From Patescibacteria group bacterium (GTDB taxonomy: Bacteria > Patescibacteriota > Patescibacteriia > PEXW01): 64,000 nt of DNA. Below the pieces are notes generated by a model. It did not search any database, was not told where the DNA came from, and saw only the letters and a list, made by a program, of their open reading frames with translations. The stretch covers positions 3,255 through 67,254 of the forward strand of contig JBBTRK010000006.1 in assembly GCA_038065235.1 (NCBI GenBank), in the 5' to 3' direction. Numbering within the stretch: the first letter of the stretch is position 1; every line of letters begins with the position of its first letter. Shown here piece after piece: positions 19,767 to 29,163 of the stretch. Made by a program: the position numbers and the translations under genes.

Positions 19767-19798
19767 AAAACTGCTCTCGAGATGCTCGCGGCAGTTTT
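19767..19798. terminator. A/T-flanked 8-bp hairpin (AAAACTGC-16 nt-GCAGTTTT) between major pilin (plus) and IMPase (minus) gene ends; putative bidirectional terminator
   Basis: Perfect inverted repeat with internal palindrome TCTCGAGA in loop. Confidence 0.35.
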
Positions 19799-19800
19799 CG

Positions 19801-20565
19801 TTAGTGGGAAACGTGTCGAAGCTTCTCGAGCAGCAGCAGTGGTCCCGCGTACAGGTCTCGGCTCTTTGGTTTCCATTCGTTTCCACGTTCATCCTGCACA
19901 GCACACCCAGCCTCCTGCGCAATGACTACACCAGCCGCAACGTCCCACAGGTTTATTGGCCCCGCGATGATGACTGCGTCGAGCCGGCCCGCAGCCAGGT
20001 AGGCCAGGTCGAGCGCGGTTGAGCCAGCGTGGCGGACAGCCCGCAGCTTGTGGCTGAGCTTTTCAGCGATGACGAGCGACGCGTGCAACGACCGAAGAGA
20101 GTGGCTGTAGCCGTATCCGATGATGGCCTGGCTGAGCGGCCGGCTGGGGTGGCGGTGCAGAGGTTTGCCATTCTTCGTTGCGCCCTGGCCGTGCGCGCCA
20201 ATGAACGTCTCACCCGTGGGCGGGCAAGTGATGACCCCGAAGAGCGACGTGTCACCTTCCATGAGAGCAATGGATACGCCGAAGAACGGCACATGTAGGA
20301 CGAAGTTCGTGGTGCCATCCAGCGGGTCAATGACCCAGCGGAGTTTTCCCGGCCGGTTGTGACCTTCTTCCGAGAGGACGCCAATGTTCGGGAAAGCTTT
20401 ACGCAGTGTACGCTGGATGAGAAGGTTCGCTGCTCTATCTGCAGAGGTCACGAGCTCGTGGGCAGACTTCGCGTCCACGTCACGGCGGTGGAGGTTCTGG
20501 AAGCGTTTGAGCAGAAGCTTCCCGGCGAGATCTGCTGCGCGTTTTGCAATGGTGATTGGTTGCAT
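19801..20565 (-). CDS. Inositol monophosphatase family protein (SuhB-like)
   Basis: Motifs WVIDPLDGTTNF and EEG..., start taken at MQPITIAKRAADLAG. Confidence 0.8.
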   Translation of the reverse strand: MQPITIAKRAADLAGKLLLKRFQNLHRRDVDAKSAHELVTSADRAANLLIQRTLRKAFPNIGVLSEEGHNRPGKLRWVIDPLDGTTNFVLHVPFFGVSIALMEGDTSLFGVITCPPTGETFIGAHGQGATKNGKPLHRHPSRPLSQAIIGYGYSHSLRSLHASLVIAEKLSHKLRAVRHAGSTALDLAYLAAGRLDAVIIAGPINLWDVAAGVVIAQEAGCAVQDERGNEWKPKSRDLYAGPLLLLEKLRHVSH

Positions 20566-20623
20566 AGACGTTTGACTTCCCCTGTGTCCCCTCCTTACCA
20601 AGGAGGGGACGTAAGGGGTGGTA

Positions 20624-21286
20624 TTAGAGTTTACCGATAAGCCAATAGTAGCAGTTTGCGGCGTACTCGCGCAGCACGCCCTTCGTGCTCTGCAACCTTC
20701 GGTTGGGTGAGTTCTGCGAGACAGTGCTACGGTCTGCAGCGCGGCACGTCACCGGCGGGGCCCCGGCGTTGCGGAAGAAGGCGCACGCCCGGCGGGTGTG
20801 GAAGTCGCTGGTGAGCACGATGATGGACTTCCAGCCGAGTTTGCGACCAATGGCGATTACGTTTGCGGCATTTTCTAGGGTGTTTTGGGCTTCGGCCTCT
20901 TGAATGATATTGTTCTCAACCACCCCCAGCTGCTGTAAGAGTTTGGCCATTGCCGGCGCTTCGGCAAACGGGTTGCTGCCAACTTTCCCACCGGTTACGA
21001 CGACAACTGGCGCAATCTTGTCATTCAAGAAGAGCTGCGCCCCGGTGCGCACGCGCTCCTCGGTTTTGAAAGAGAGTACCCCGGTTTCCTCGTCAATGCC
21101 GCCGCCGAGGATGACCAGTGCGTCAACATTTTTCAGCGGTTCTTGCTCCAGCCACGTGCGGCCCAGCATGACGTTGAGGTTGGTGAAGCCAGAGAGGATG
21201 ACGAAGAGCACAAGCGTGCCAATGAGCAGCCAAACTGCAGGCGGGAGCTTGCGGTAGATTTTCTCGTAGCGTGGTGCGAGCTTCAT
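20624..21286 (-). CDS. DUF218 (YdcF/ElyC-like) membrane-anchored protein
   Basis: N-terminal TM helix then VDALVILGGG ... VVVTGG ... LTSDFHTRRA pattern of DUF218; start at MKLAPRYEK giving ATGA overlap with nfo. Confidence 0.6.
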   Translation of the reverse strand: MKLAPRYEKIYRKLPPAVWLLIGTLVLFVILSGFTNLNVMLGRTWLEQEPLKNVDALVILGGGIDEETGVLSFKTEERVRTGAQLFLNDKIAPVVVVTGGKVGSNPFAEAPAMAKLLQQLGVVENNIIQEAEAQNTLENAANVIAIGRKLGWKSIIVLTSDFHTRRACAFFRNAGAPPVTCRAADRSTVSQNSPNRRLQSTKGVLREYAANCYYWLIGKL

Positions 21287-22122
21287 GATCGAAGCTTCTT
21301 CAGCAAAGCAATGTCTTTGATGTGCTTGCCGTCGTGGTGGGTTTCTAGAACCATGTCGATGTTCTTTAGCTTCGGGTGTCGGCACAAGGCCTTGAATCCC
21401 GCTAAGCCAATTTTCCCATCGCCAATGTGCTCGTGCCTGTCGCGGTGGTCGCCCAAACCCATTTTACTATCGTTCACATGGAAGAGCTTTAGGTATTGCA
21501 GGCCAATGAGCTTGTCAAATTTTTTCAGGAAAGCGTAAACTGCCGACTTCGTGCGCAGGTCGTAGCCGCTGGCAAAGGCGTGACAGGTGTCTAGGCAGAT
21601 GCCGATTTTTTTCTTACTCGCCGCAGGCACAGCCTTGATGAACGATGCGAGTTCCTCGAGCGTATCTCCCACCACCGCGCCAGCCCCGGCGGCATTTTCG
21701 AGCAGGAAGAGCGCAGTGCCGGTGTAGCCTTTGAGAATTTCCTTTATTGCATCCGCCACCATCTTCGTCGCCTTTGCTTCTGGTACGTCTTTCGCCGAGC
21801 CCAAATGCGTCATGACTGCGGTGACTCCTAACAAAGTTGAACGCTCCAATTCACCCCGAACAATTTCAATAGAACCTTTGCGCAGGCGCGGGTTTGCCGA
21901 AGCAAAGTTGATGAAGTAGGGGGTGTGCACGTAGGTGCGCGGGATGGTGTACTTTTCATTCTCGGCTTTGAATGCCGCAATAATGTCCGCGGTCAGCTTG
22001 GGTGCCGCACCGCCCTGCGGCGAGCGCGTGAAAAATTGGTAGACTTCACATTTCAGGTCGTGGGCGTTCTTCGGGGCGTTCTGGCTGCCGCCCGCGGCGG
22101 AGACGTGGTTGCCGATAAGCAT
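21283..22122 (-). CDS. nfo: Endonuclease IV (AP endonuclease family 2)
   Basis: MLIGNHVSAAGG start, HTPYFINFAS, LENAAGAG, CLDTCHAFASGYD, HVNDSK...LGDHRDRHEHIG metal-binding motifs. Confidence 0.8.
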   Translation of the reverse strand: MLIGNHVSAAGGSQNAPKNAHDLKCEVYQFFTRSPQGGAAPKLTADIIAAFKAENEKYTIPRTYVHTPYFINFASANPRLRKGSIEIVRGELERSTLLGVTAVMTHLGSAKDVPEAKATKMVADAIKEILKGYTGTALFLLENAAGAGAVVGDTLEELASFIKAVPAASKKKIGICLDTCHAFASGYDLRTKSAVYAFLKKFDKLIGLQYLKLFHVNDSKMGLGDHRDRHEHIGDGKIGLAGFKALCRHPKLKNIDMVLETHHDGKHIKDIALLKKLRS

Positions 22123-22205
22123 ACGAGTAGTATAGCATCGGAACCCATCCCTAATTTCACAAAAGGTATAGTAAAGGAACGCATTGTACTCCTTCAAATC
22201 AGTAC

Positions 22206-23495
22206 TTACTTCTTCGGTTCGACCTTTTCCAGAATCCAGGCAATGGTCTTCCGGTTGGTGAGCACCATTTTCAAGTAATTCTTGTAGTCATCGGAGTCTA
22301 CTTGCTTCAGTAGCTCTGGGTTACTGCCCAAGCGGAGTTTTTCGGCGCTGATTTCACCTTCGACTTCTGCTGTGCTGGCGACCAGGTTATTTGCATCAGC
22401 CATGTGTCGCAGCAACAGTGCAACTTTCACGCGGTCTTCGGCGCGCTTCACGAATTCTTTCTTCAAGTCATCACGGGTCTTCTTGAGGGACGAGAGGTAG
22501 TCTTCAAACTTTCCGCCATCGTGCTTAATAGCATGCTGGAGTTCGTGGACCATTTTATCCTGCTCCGATTCGACCAGGATTGCAGGCACGTCATCGATCG
22601 TGCTCTTCTTCAGGAGTTCCTCCAGGATTGCCTGCTCGTAGCGCTGGCGTTCTCGGTCTGCAGACTCCTCGTGCAGGTTCTCCTTCACCTTCTCTCGTAG
22701 TTTCTCCATGCTCTCAAAGTTGCCTAGCTTCTTGGCAAAAGCGTCATCCAGATTGGGCATGCTGGTGTCGTACACCGTGCGGAGCTTCACCTTGAACTCT
22801 GCCTCCTTGCCCTGCAGGTCTTTCTTGCCGTACTCCTTGGGGAAGGTGAGCTTGAAAGTTTTCTCCTGATCAGCTTCCAGGCCAATGAGCTGCTCTTCAA
22901 AGCCCGGGATGAACATTTGTTCGCCAATGGTCATGGTCTGGTTCGTCCCCTTCCCATTCTCCAGCGGGACGTTGTTGAGCGCGACGTCGAAGTCCACATC
23001 CACGCGGTCACCGTGCTTCGCTGGGCGCTTGGCTGCTGCGTGCGAGGCGTGGGTTAGCTGCAGGCTTTTCAACGTTTTCTCAATTTGCTCGTTCGTCACT
23101 TCCACTGGTTTCCGTTCAATCTTGATCGAGCCAATGTCGCCGACCTTGATTTCTGGCAGCACCGGGACTTCGGCCGAGAACACAAATGGGTTTCCCTCGG
23201 CGAGTTTCTCCACGCTGATTTTCGGTTGCCCAATGGTCCGTAGCTTCTGTTCGACGACAGCCTTCGCGAAGGTGTCCTGCAAGGCGTGCTCGGCTGCGTG
23301 TTCCAGTATGCTCCCGAGGCCGACCTTCTTCTCAATCATTTCTCGCGGGGCCATGCCCGGGCGGAAGCCAGGAATCTTCGCACTCGCGGCGAGGTGCTGG
23401 ACTGCGCCGGTGATGTGCTTGGCAAATTCCTCTGCCGTGAGTTCCACAGTGAGTTTGACGAGGCCTTTGGATTGCTTGGTGGCGGTAACCTGCAT
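22206..23495 (-). CDS. tig: Trigger factor
   Basis: 429 aa; N-terminal ribosome-binding signature FRPGMAPREMIEKKVG, central PPIase-like and C-terminal arm domains. Confidence 0.9.
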   Translation of the reverse strand: MQVTATKQSKGLVKLTVELTAEEFAKHITGAVQHLAASAKIPGFRPGMAPREMIEKKVGLGSILEHAAEHALQDTFAKAVVEQKLRTIGQPKISVEKLAEGNPFVFSAEVPVLPEIKVGDIGSIKIERKPVEVTNEQIEKTLKSLQLTHASHAAAKRPAKHGDRVDVDFDVALNNVPLENGKGTNQTMTIGEQMFIPGFEEQLIGLEADQEKTFKLTFPKEYGKKDLQGKEAEFKVKLRTVYDTSMPNLDDAFAKKLGNFESMEKLREKVKENLHEESADRERQRYEQAILEELLKKSTIDDVPAILVESEQDKMVHELQHAIKHDGGKFEDYLSSLKKTRDDLKKEFVKRAEDRVKVALLLRHMADANNLVASTAEVEGEISAEKLRLGSNPELLKQVDSDDYKNYLKMVLTNRKTIAWILEKVEPKK

Positions 23496-23566
23496 AGCAA
23501 AAACGGCTAGGGTGAGAGGGTTAGGTTAGCCGAAAAGCTGGAGTCCGTAAAGGGTCACCCTCTCTT

Positions 23567-23655
23567 GTCATTCTGAGGCCGAGCTCACCGAGGCCGAAGA
23601 ATCTTGCTGCCTTATTAAAAGCGCGCAAGATCCTTCGCTGTTGCTCAGGATGACA
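23567..23655. repeat. Structured palindromic intergenic repeat, subfamily 1 copy B
   Basis: GTCATTCTGAGGCCGAGCTCACCGAGGCCGAAGAATCTTGC...GCAAGATCCTTCG...CTCAGGATGACA; reverse-complement orientation of copy D. Confidence 0.7.
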
Positions 23656-23747
23656 AATGAATATACAGCTATCTGTCCCAAACCCCCGGACTGCTAAAAA
23701 GAAGAAGCCCCGCAGTGGTGCAGGGCTTTAAAATGCAAGCAGACTAT

Positions 23748-24185
23748 TTACCCTTGCATTTCCATCCAAGCTGAGGGTGTGTGGTATATCTCGAGTGAGG
23801 CAGTGGCTCCATCGGGAACCAGATGTACGAATTCAAGTTCAATATCTGTTCCAATGGTGTCGAGTTCGCCGATTGTTTTCGACTCTGCATTCCCGAACAA
23901 AATGGTAATATGCAGGTCGTGAGTGAAAATGTCGAACGGGCTTCGTTCGAGGACGTCAATTATGACATCTTTAGGCATCACAGTTCCACCAACACCAGGG
24001 AAGGAAAGATACTTTGCCACTGGTTCTGGTATGGCTGCAATTATCTTTTTAAGAGCCTCATCGTTTACAGTCGCTTTGTTGTTACGTTTAATGATAACTT
24101 GTGACACGTTTACCTCCGTTTTTTTTGGTTGAGTTTGACCGATGAGTATACAGGAATAGGCGCCTCTGTCAATAGCAGAGGGCAT
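23748..24185 (-). CDS. Hypothetical protein in AT-rich segment
   Basis: 145-aa ORF, lower GC than flanks; no family recognised. Confidence 0.35.
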   Translation of the reverse strand: MPSAIDRGAYSCILIGQTQPKKTEVNVSQVIIKRNNKATVNDEALKKIIAAIPEPVAKYLSFPGVGGTVMPKDVIIDVLERSPFDIFTHDLHITILFGNAESKTIGELDTIGTDIELEFVHLVPDGATASLEIYHTPSAWMEMQG

Positions 24186-24214
24186 ACGACCTAACAGGTT
24201 GTAATGACGGATTG

Positions 24215-25666
24215 TTAGTTTTTAGGTCTTACATCCACCACCCGCTTCTCTTTGGGCTCGGTTTCCATGCCGACCATCTTCAATATTTCGGCGAGCGGCT
24301 TTTCGACCAAGCGGGCAGTCACGCCGGTTTCGGCCATGATTTTGCGGTTGAGGGCGTGCTCCAGCTGCATGAAGGTTACATTTGGCTTCGGCGCAACGTA
24401 GAGGACGAGCTCATCAACTTCGAATGGGTCGTTGTTCACTTTGGCAATTTGCAGCTGCCACTCTTCCACTTCGGGGCTGCCCGAGAGCAAGGGGAAGAAG
24501 GCGTTGAGGTCTACGAGTTCGCCTTTCACTTTAGTCAAGTTAAATTCTTTGATTTCAGATTTGCGTTTAATATCTTTACTAATCCTCGCCACGGTGCGGC
24601 CGCAGTGTGAGCACTGGTCGTAAGATATGCCTTGGATAATATCACCCGTGCGATAGCGCACCATGACGGTGCCGCGCCAGTTGAGGCTGGTATACACCAG
24701 CTCGCCAGGTTGGCCATCAGGGACGCGGTTGCCTGCATCGTCCACCACTTCGAATATTTCCATGTCTGGGTAGGTGTGGTAGCCGGTTTCCTCACTGCAT
24801 TGCGTCCACGCAGTCTTGCCTTCGGTCATGGCGTAGGTAGCGATGATCTTCACGTCCATGGCGCCAACTTCTTTGAGGAGGTCTTTCACCTTCGCGCGCA
24901 AGCCTTCGCTCACCCGCTCGCCGCCGAACACCACGTACTGCATGCTGGACCAGTTTTTCTTCTGTGTGACAGCTTCGCGCAAACTGTGGTAGAAGTAGCC
25001 GGGGATAGCAGTGACGACAGTTGCCTTTAACCGCTCAATGGCGTCAATGATTTTCTGCGTGCCCATCACTTTGCCGCCGCCGGTTTGCAGTGTGGTGAGC
25101 CCGAGGCTAGAGGTGGCGAAGAAGGCCAGCCAGAAGGCCAGGTGCGGTGCATAGGGGAAGGCATTCACCACCACGGCGTTGCCAGGAATGCCCATGGTGA
25201 GGAAGAGCCGGCTGGCTGTTTCTTTGAGAACGCTCAAGTCCCGTTGCGAGTAGCCAACAGCGGTTGGGAGCGCAGTGCGGCCGGTGGTGAAGTGCAGGTG
25301 AATGGGCTTGTACTCCCACTCTAATTTTTTCTTCACATCCTGGCCGGCGAGCTTCTGGAGCAGGATGCCAATGAGCTTGGTTTTGGCGGCATACTGCTTG
25401 ATGAGGTGCTCGTCAGGTTGCAGGATGAAGGCGCGGGATTTCGCGGGGTCTTCCGGCGTTGGGGCTAAATCGGCTTTCGAGGAGAACGGGATCTTCTGCA
25501 AATCGTCGATGGAGTTTATGTCCGAGAATTTTAGGTTGTGCTTCTCGAAGAGTGCGCGAAAGTACGGGCTGTAAGGCAGCTCGTGGTGGAAGAAGTGTCG
25601 CAGGCGCTTGGTCTGCAGGCTGGTGATTTCGTCGGTGGTGAGGCGGGAAACGGTAGACCAATCCAT
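24215..25666 (-). CDS. Adenylate-forming enzyme, phenylacetate-CoA ligase / coenzyme F390 synthetase-like (PaaK family)
   Basis: 483 aa; PaaK-like N-terminal region and AMP-binding core (TSGTT-like FTTGRTALPT, YAMTEG..., GELVYTSL). Confidence 0.65.
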   Translation of the reverse strand: MDWSTVSRLTTDEITSLQTKRLRHFFHHELPYSPYFRALFEKHNLKFSDINSIDDLQKIPFSSKADLAPTPEDPAKSRAFILQPDEHLIKQYAAKTKLIGILLQKLAGQDVKKKLEWEYKPIHLHFTTGRTALPTAVGYSQRDLSVLKETASRLFLTMGIPGNAVVVNAFPYAPHLAFWLAFFATSSLGLTTLQTGGGKVMGTQKIIDAIERLKATVVTAIPGYFYHSLREAVTQKKNWSSMQYVVFGGERVSEGLRAKVKDLLKEVGAMDVKIIATYAMTEGKTAWTQCSEETGYHTYPDMEIFEVVDDAGNRVPDGQPGELVYTSLNWRGTVMVRYRTGDIIQGISYDQCSHCGRTVARISKDIKRKSEIKEFNLTKVKGELVDLNAFFPLLSGSPEVEEWQLQIAKVNNDPFEVDELVLYVAPKPNVTFMQLEHALNRKIMAETGVTARLVEKPLAEILKMVGMETEPKEKRVVDVRPKN

Positions 25667-25675
25667 GTAGGTAGT

Positions 25676-26311
25676 CTAATAGGGCGATGGCATACCTGCA
25701 AGCTCGCCAATAGCCACCATGATGGTGCGGGTGGTGCTGGTCAACAAGTCTTTGGTTATTTGGTTTTCCGTACGTTTCGGGAAGATGAGTGGCGTACCGA
25801 CACGGAGCGCCATATTGCGACGAGGCGAGAGCGAAGCGCGGATAGCTTGGCTAACGGTCCAGGTGAACGGACCCTGAAAACCGCAAGGGATAACCGGTAC
25901 CCCAGTCCAATGAGCCAAACGAGCCACGCCGGTTTTGCCCGGCATAACAAACGGCGCAGCATTGCGCATACCTTCTGGGAAAATCCCGACAGGATTCCCA
26001 GCTTCGAGTTCTCGACGTAATTGCACCAAGCACTCGCTCGGTTGGTTTTCATTTTTTTCTACCATGCCTAGCCACTCGTACCCAAATTTTTTACCGAATA
26101 CTTTTATAAGTTTGTCATACACCACAAAGATGACCGGTTGATGCGTGAATCGGTAGACGACAGCAACGATGAACATGGGGTCGGGTGAGCCAATGTGATT
26201 GACTGCCAGGATGTATGAGCCGGTTTTTGGAAAGTTCTCTAAGCCTTCGATCGTGTGGAAACGTCGAGTGAATAATGGCAGGAGCCAATTGAGGCCAGCG
26301 TAGCGTTTCAT
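25676..26311 (-). CDS. plsC: 1-acyl-sn-glycerol-3-phosphate acyltransferase family (PlsC-like)
   Basis: HxxxxD motif (VNHIGSPDP), FPEGMRN, PGKTGVARLA blocks. Confidence 0.6.
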   Translation of the reverse strand: MKRYAGLNWLLPLFTRRFHTIEGLENFPKTGSYILAVNHIGSPDPMFIVAVVYRFTHQPVIFVVYDKLIKVFGKKFGYEWLGMVEKNENQPSECLVQLRRELEAGNPVGIFPEGMRNAAPFVMPGKTGVARLAHWTGVPVIPCGFQGPFTWTVSQAIRASLSPRRNMALRVGTPLIFPKRTENQITKDLLTSTTRTIMVAIGELAGMPSPY

Positions 26312-26928
26312 CCGGTATAAGTTTTGTCGGCGAGCTCAGCGACACGGCTCATGATTTGTGCCATGACCTTGTCGAGCAGCGGTCGGTCCACCGTGAGGCT
26401 ATACCAAGCCGAGAGGTCGATGGGTTTGCCAATGGTCATTTGCAAGCGACCCATAAGCATGTCGTGGCGGTGGTCGGCAGAGGTTTGGGGTATGGGCGTC
26501 GTCCGCCGCAAGCCAATGGGGATGACTGGCGCGCGTGTTGCAAGCGCTAGGCGGGCCGCGCCGGTTTTAACTTTCCCAATCGTCTGTAGCGTATTTACCC
26601 CCGCTTCGGGGTAGAAGCACACCAGCTCACCGCGCTGGAGGATTGATGTTGCTTCGGCAAGGGTTTGCTTGCGATTTGGAAAAAGTGGGATGGTATTCGC
26701 GATGTACCGGACTATAGGGTTTTCAAAAATTTTCCATTTCGTAATAAAGTATGGCATGCGGTGGCGGTGAGCCAGCACAACGCCGAAGAGCGCTTGCGGA
26801 TCTTGCAAGCCAACATGATTAGCAACGAGTATCGCGCCGCCAGTTTTTGGAATATTATCCAAACCTTCCGCTGACGTTGCGCGCCAGCGGAAGAGGGGTG
26901 ACAGGAGGGTACGGAGGTCAAAAGCCAT
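26308..26928 (-). CDS. Second PlsC-family lysophospholipid acyltransferase
   Basis: VANHVGLQDP (HxxxxD), FYPEAGVN, KTGAARLA; 4-nt overlap with downstream paralogue. Confidence 0.6.
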   Translation of the reverse strand: MAFDLRTLLSPLFRWRATSAEGLDNIPKTGGAILVANHVGLQDPQALFGVVLAHRHRMPYFITKWKIFENPIVRYIANTIPLFPNRKQTLAEATSILQRGELVCFYPEAGVNTLQTIGKVKTGAARLALATRAPVIPIGLRRTTPIPQTSADHRHDMLMGRLQMTIGKPIDLSAWYSLTVDRPLLDKVMAQIMSRVAELADKTYTG

Positions 26929-26949
26929 ACGCCACTCGTTTATCAGAAA

Positions 26950-28962
26950 TTAGAGCTTCCAGTTAATCAGCAGGCCGACGATGAGCAGAGCCACAATGTT
27001 GATGATCTTGATCATTGGGTTGATGGCTGGGCCGGCAGTATCTTTGTACGGGTCGCCCACAGTGTCGCCGGTGACGGCTGCCTTGTGCGCTTCCGAACCC
27101 TTGCCGCCGAAGTTGCCAGCCTCAATAAATTTCTTGGCATTATCCCAGGCGGCGCCGCCACTGGTCATAGAGATGGCGACGAAGAGGCCAGTGACAATTG
27201 CGCCGACGAGCATGCCGCCGACCGCAACTGGGCCGAGGATGAGGCCGACGACGATTGGCGCAAGCACGGGGATAAGCGCAGGTACGAACATGGCGCGGAT
27301 GGCGCCGCGGGTAACAATATCAACCGCCCGGCTGTAGTCGGGTTTCTGCGTGCCCAACATAATACCAGGCATTTCCCGAAACTGGCGGCGCACTTCTTCC
27401 ACCACGTAGCCCGCGACCTTGCCGACTGCTTCCATAGCGCGGGCGCCGAAGAAGAATGGCAACATGCCGCCGATGAATAGGCCGATGATGACGTTCACGT
27501 CGCTAAGGTCAAATTGCAGGTTGTACCCTCGGTCCGCGAACTCCTGCACGTACGCCGCGAAGAGCACGATGGCGGCGAGGCCAGCGGAGCCAATTGCATA
27601 GCCTTTGGTCACCGCTTTCGTGGTGTTGCCAACTGCATCGAGCGGGTCGGTTACGTCGCGGATTTCCTGTGGCAAGTTGGCCATTTCGGCAATGCCGCCA
27701 GCGTTATCCGTAATCGGACCAAACGCATCGATAGTAATGATAATGCCGGTGAGTGAGAGCATGGCCATGGCCGCGATCGCGACGCCGTACAATCCTGCCA
27801 GCTCGTATGAGCCCCAGATGCCTAAGGCAATTGCGATGACCGGGAAAACCGTTGCTTTCATACCCACGGCGAGGCCGGTGATTATGTTCGTGCCATGGCC
27901 CGTGCGTGACGCTTCGGCAATGGATTGCACGGGGCGGTACTTGGTTGACGTGAAGTACTCGGTAATAACCACGATGAGCGCGGTGACGCCGAGACCGACG
28001 AGGCTCGCTAGGTACAACTGCGTTACGGTGTACTGGCCATTATCCTTCATGAGCCACTGCGTAATGGGGTAGAAGAATATTGCCGCAATAACTCCGGCGG
28101 CGATGAGGCCTTTGTAGAGCGCGCCCATGATGTTCTGCTTCACGCCCAATCGGATGAAGAACGTGCCGAGGATGGAGGCGACAATAGAGATGGCACCGAG
28201 TGCGAGTGGGTAGATCAACGGCGCGTCCATACCCGGGAAGAGCAGGGAGCCCAAGAGCATGGCGGCAATTGCGGTCACAGCGTAGGTCTCGAAGAGGTCT
28301 GCAGCCATACCGGCGTCGTCGCCGACGTTATCACCCACGTTATCGGCAATCACGGCCGGGTTGCGTGGGTCGTCTTCGGGTATCCCAGCTTCCACTTTAC
28401 CCACGAGGTCAGCACCGACGTCCGCGGCTTTGGTGAAGATGCCACCACCGAGCCGAGCGAAGACCGAGATGAGCGAGCCACCGAAGCCAAGGCCGATGAG
28501 CGCTTTTACGTCTTTCGTAATCCAGTAGAAAACGGTCACACCGAGCAAGGCGAGGCCCACCACGAGCAAACCCGTGACCGCGCCGCCACGGACGGCGACT
28601 TTTAACGCTGGCTGCATGCCCGATTTCGCAGCTTCAGCGGTGCGGACGTTGGCGCGCACGGCAATGTACATGCCGACGTACCCAGCGAGTGCCGAGAGCA
28701 CAGCACCGACGAGGAAGCCAATGGCGGTAGTCCAATCTACGAACAAGCCGAGGATGACGAAGAGCGCAGCGGCAATCCAGGCAACGGTCATCGTCTGCCG
28801 GTTGAGGTACGCCCGCGCACCTTGCTGAATGGCGCTGGCAATTTCTTTCATTTTATCTGTCCCCTGTGGGAGGCCGAGAATCCATTTCGCCAGCCAGAGG
28901 CCAGCGAGAATAGCGAGGATGGCTGCACCGAGAGCGAAGCTTAAGGTCTGCGTCATTTCCAT
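26950..28962 (-). CDS. hppA: Membrane-bound H+/Na+-translocating pyrophosphatase
   Basis: 670 aa, about 16 TM; signature blocks [29 protein letters not shown], DAxGNTTKAxTKGxAIGSA, [25 protein letters not shown]. Confidence 0.9.
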   Translation of the reverse strand: MEMTQTLSFALGAAILAILAGLWLAKWILGLPQGTDKMKEIASAIQQGARAYLNRQTMTVAWIAAALFVILGLFVDWTTAIGFLVGAVLSALAGYVGMYIAVRANVRTAEAAKSGMQPALKVAVRGGAVTGLLVVGLALLGVTVFYWITKDVKALIGLGFGGSLISVFARLGGGIFTKAADVGADLVGKVEAGIPEDDPRNPAVIADNVGDNVGDDAGMAADLFETYAVTAIAAMLLGSLLFPGMDAPLIYPLALGAISIVASILGTFFIRLGVKQNIMGALYKGLIAAGVIAAIFFYPITQWLMKDNGQYTVTQLYLASLVGLGVTALIVVITEYFTSTKYRPVQSIAEASRTGHGTNIITGLAVGMKATVFPVIAIALGIWGSYELAGLYGVAIAAMAMLSLTGIIITIDAFGPITDNAGGIAEMANLPQEIRDVTDPLDAVGNTTKAVTKGYAIGSAGLAAIVLFAAYVQEFADRGYNLQFDLSDVNVIIGLFIGGMLPFFFGARAMEAVGKVAGYVVEEVRRQFREMPGIMLGTQKPDYSRAVDIVTRGAIRAMFVPALIPVLAPIVVGLILGPVAVGGMLVGAIVTGLFVAISMTSGGAAWDNAKKFIEAGNFGGKGSEAHKAAVTGDTVGDPYKDTAGPAINPMIKIINIVALLIVGLLINWKL

Positions 28963-29005
28963 ACGGTTACGAATTACGAATGAAAGATACGAATGGGATC
29001 AAAAT
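28963..29005 (-). promoter_or_regulatory. Upstream motif with ATTCGTA heptamer direct repeats immediately 5' of hppA ATG (shared with cmk upstream region)
   Basis: Sense strand: ...CCCATTCGTATCTTTCATTCGTAATTCGTAACCGT-ATG; near-identical ...ATTCGTATCTCTATTCGTAATTCGTAACCG-ATG before cmk. Confidence 0.35.
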
Positions 29006-29016
29006 ATTTATTTTAT

Positions 29017-29142
29017 GTCATTCTGACCCCGAGTAATCGAGGGGGAAGAATCTTGCCGCTATTTACCTTGCGCAAGATCCTCCCGCCTGCCTCGTCACTA
29101 CGAGTTCGGCGGGCAGGTCGGCCTGCTGGCCTCAGGATGACA
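29017..29142. repeat. Structured palindromic intergenic repeat, subfamily 1 copy C (longest copy)
   Basis: TGTCATTCTGACCCCGAG...GGGGAAGAATCTTGCCGC...GCGCAAGATCCTCCCGCC...GGCGGGCAGG...CTCAGGATGACA between hppA start and nusA end. Confidence 0.7.
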
Positions 29143-29163
29143 ATCGAATAGAGAAGAGTAAAA

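Noticed and set aside
26981-28828. Antisense ORFs inside hppA (26981..27337, 27605..28072, 28574..28828 and others)
   Set aside because: They lie fully within a gene that has unmistakable H+-PPase motifs on the opposite strand, and their products are compositionally biased.
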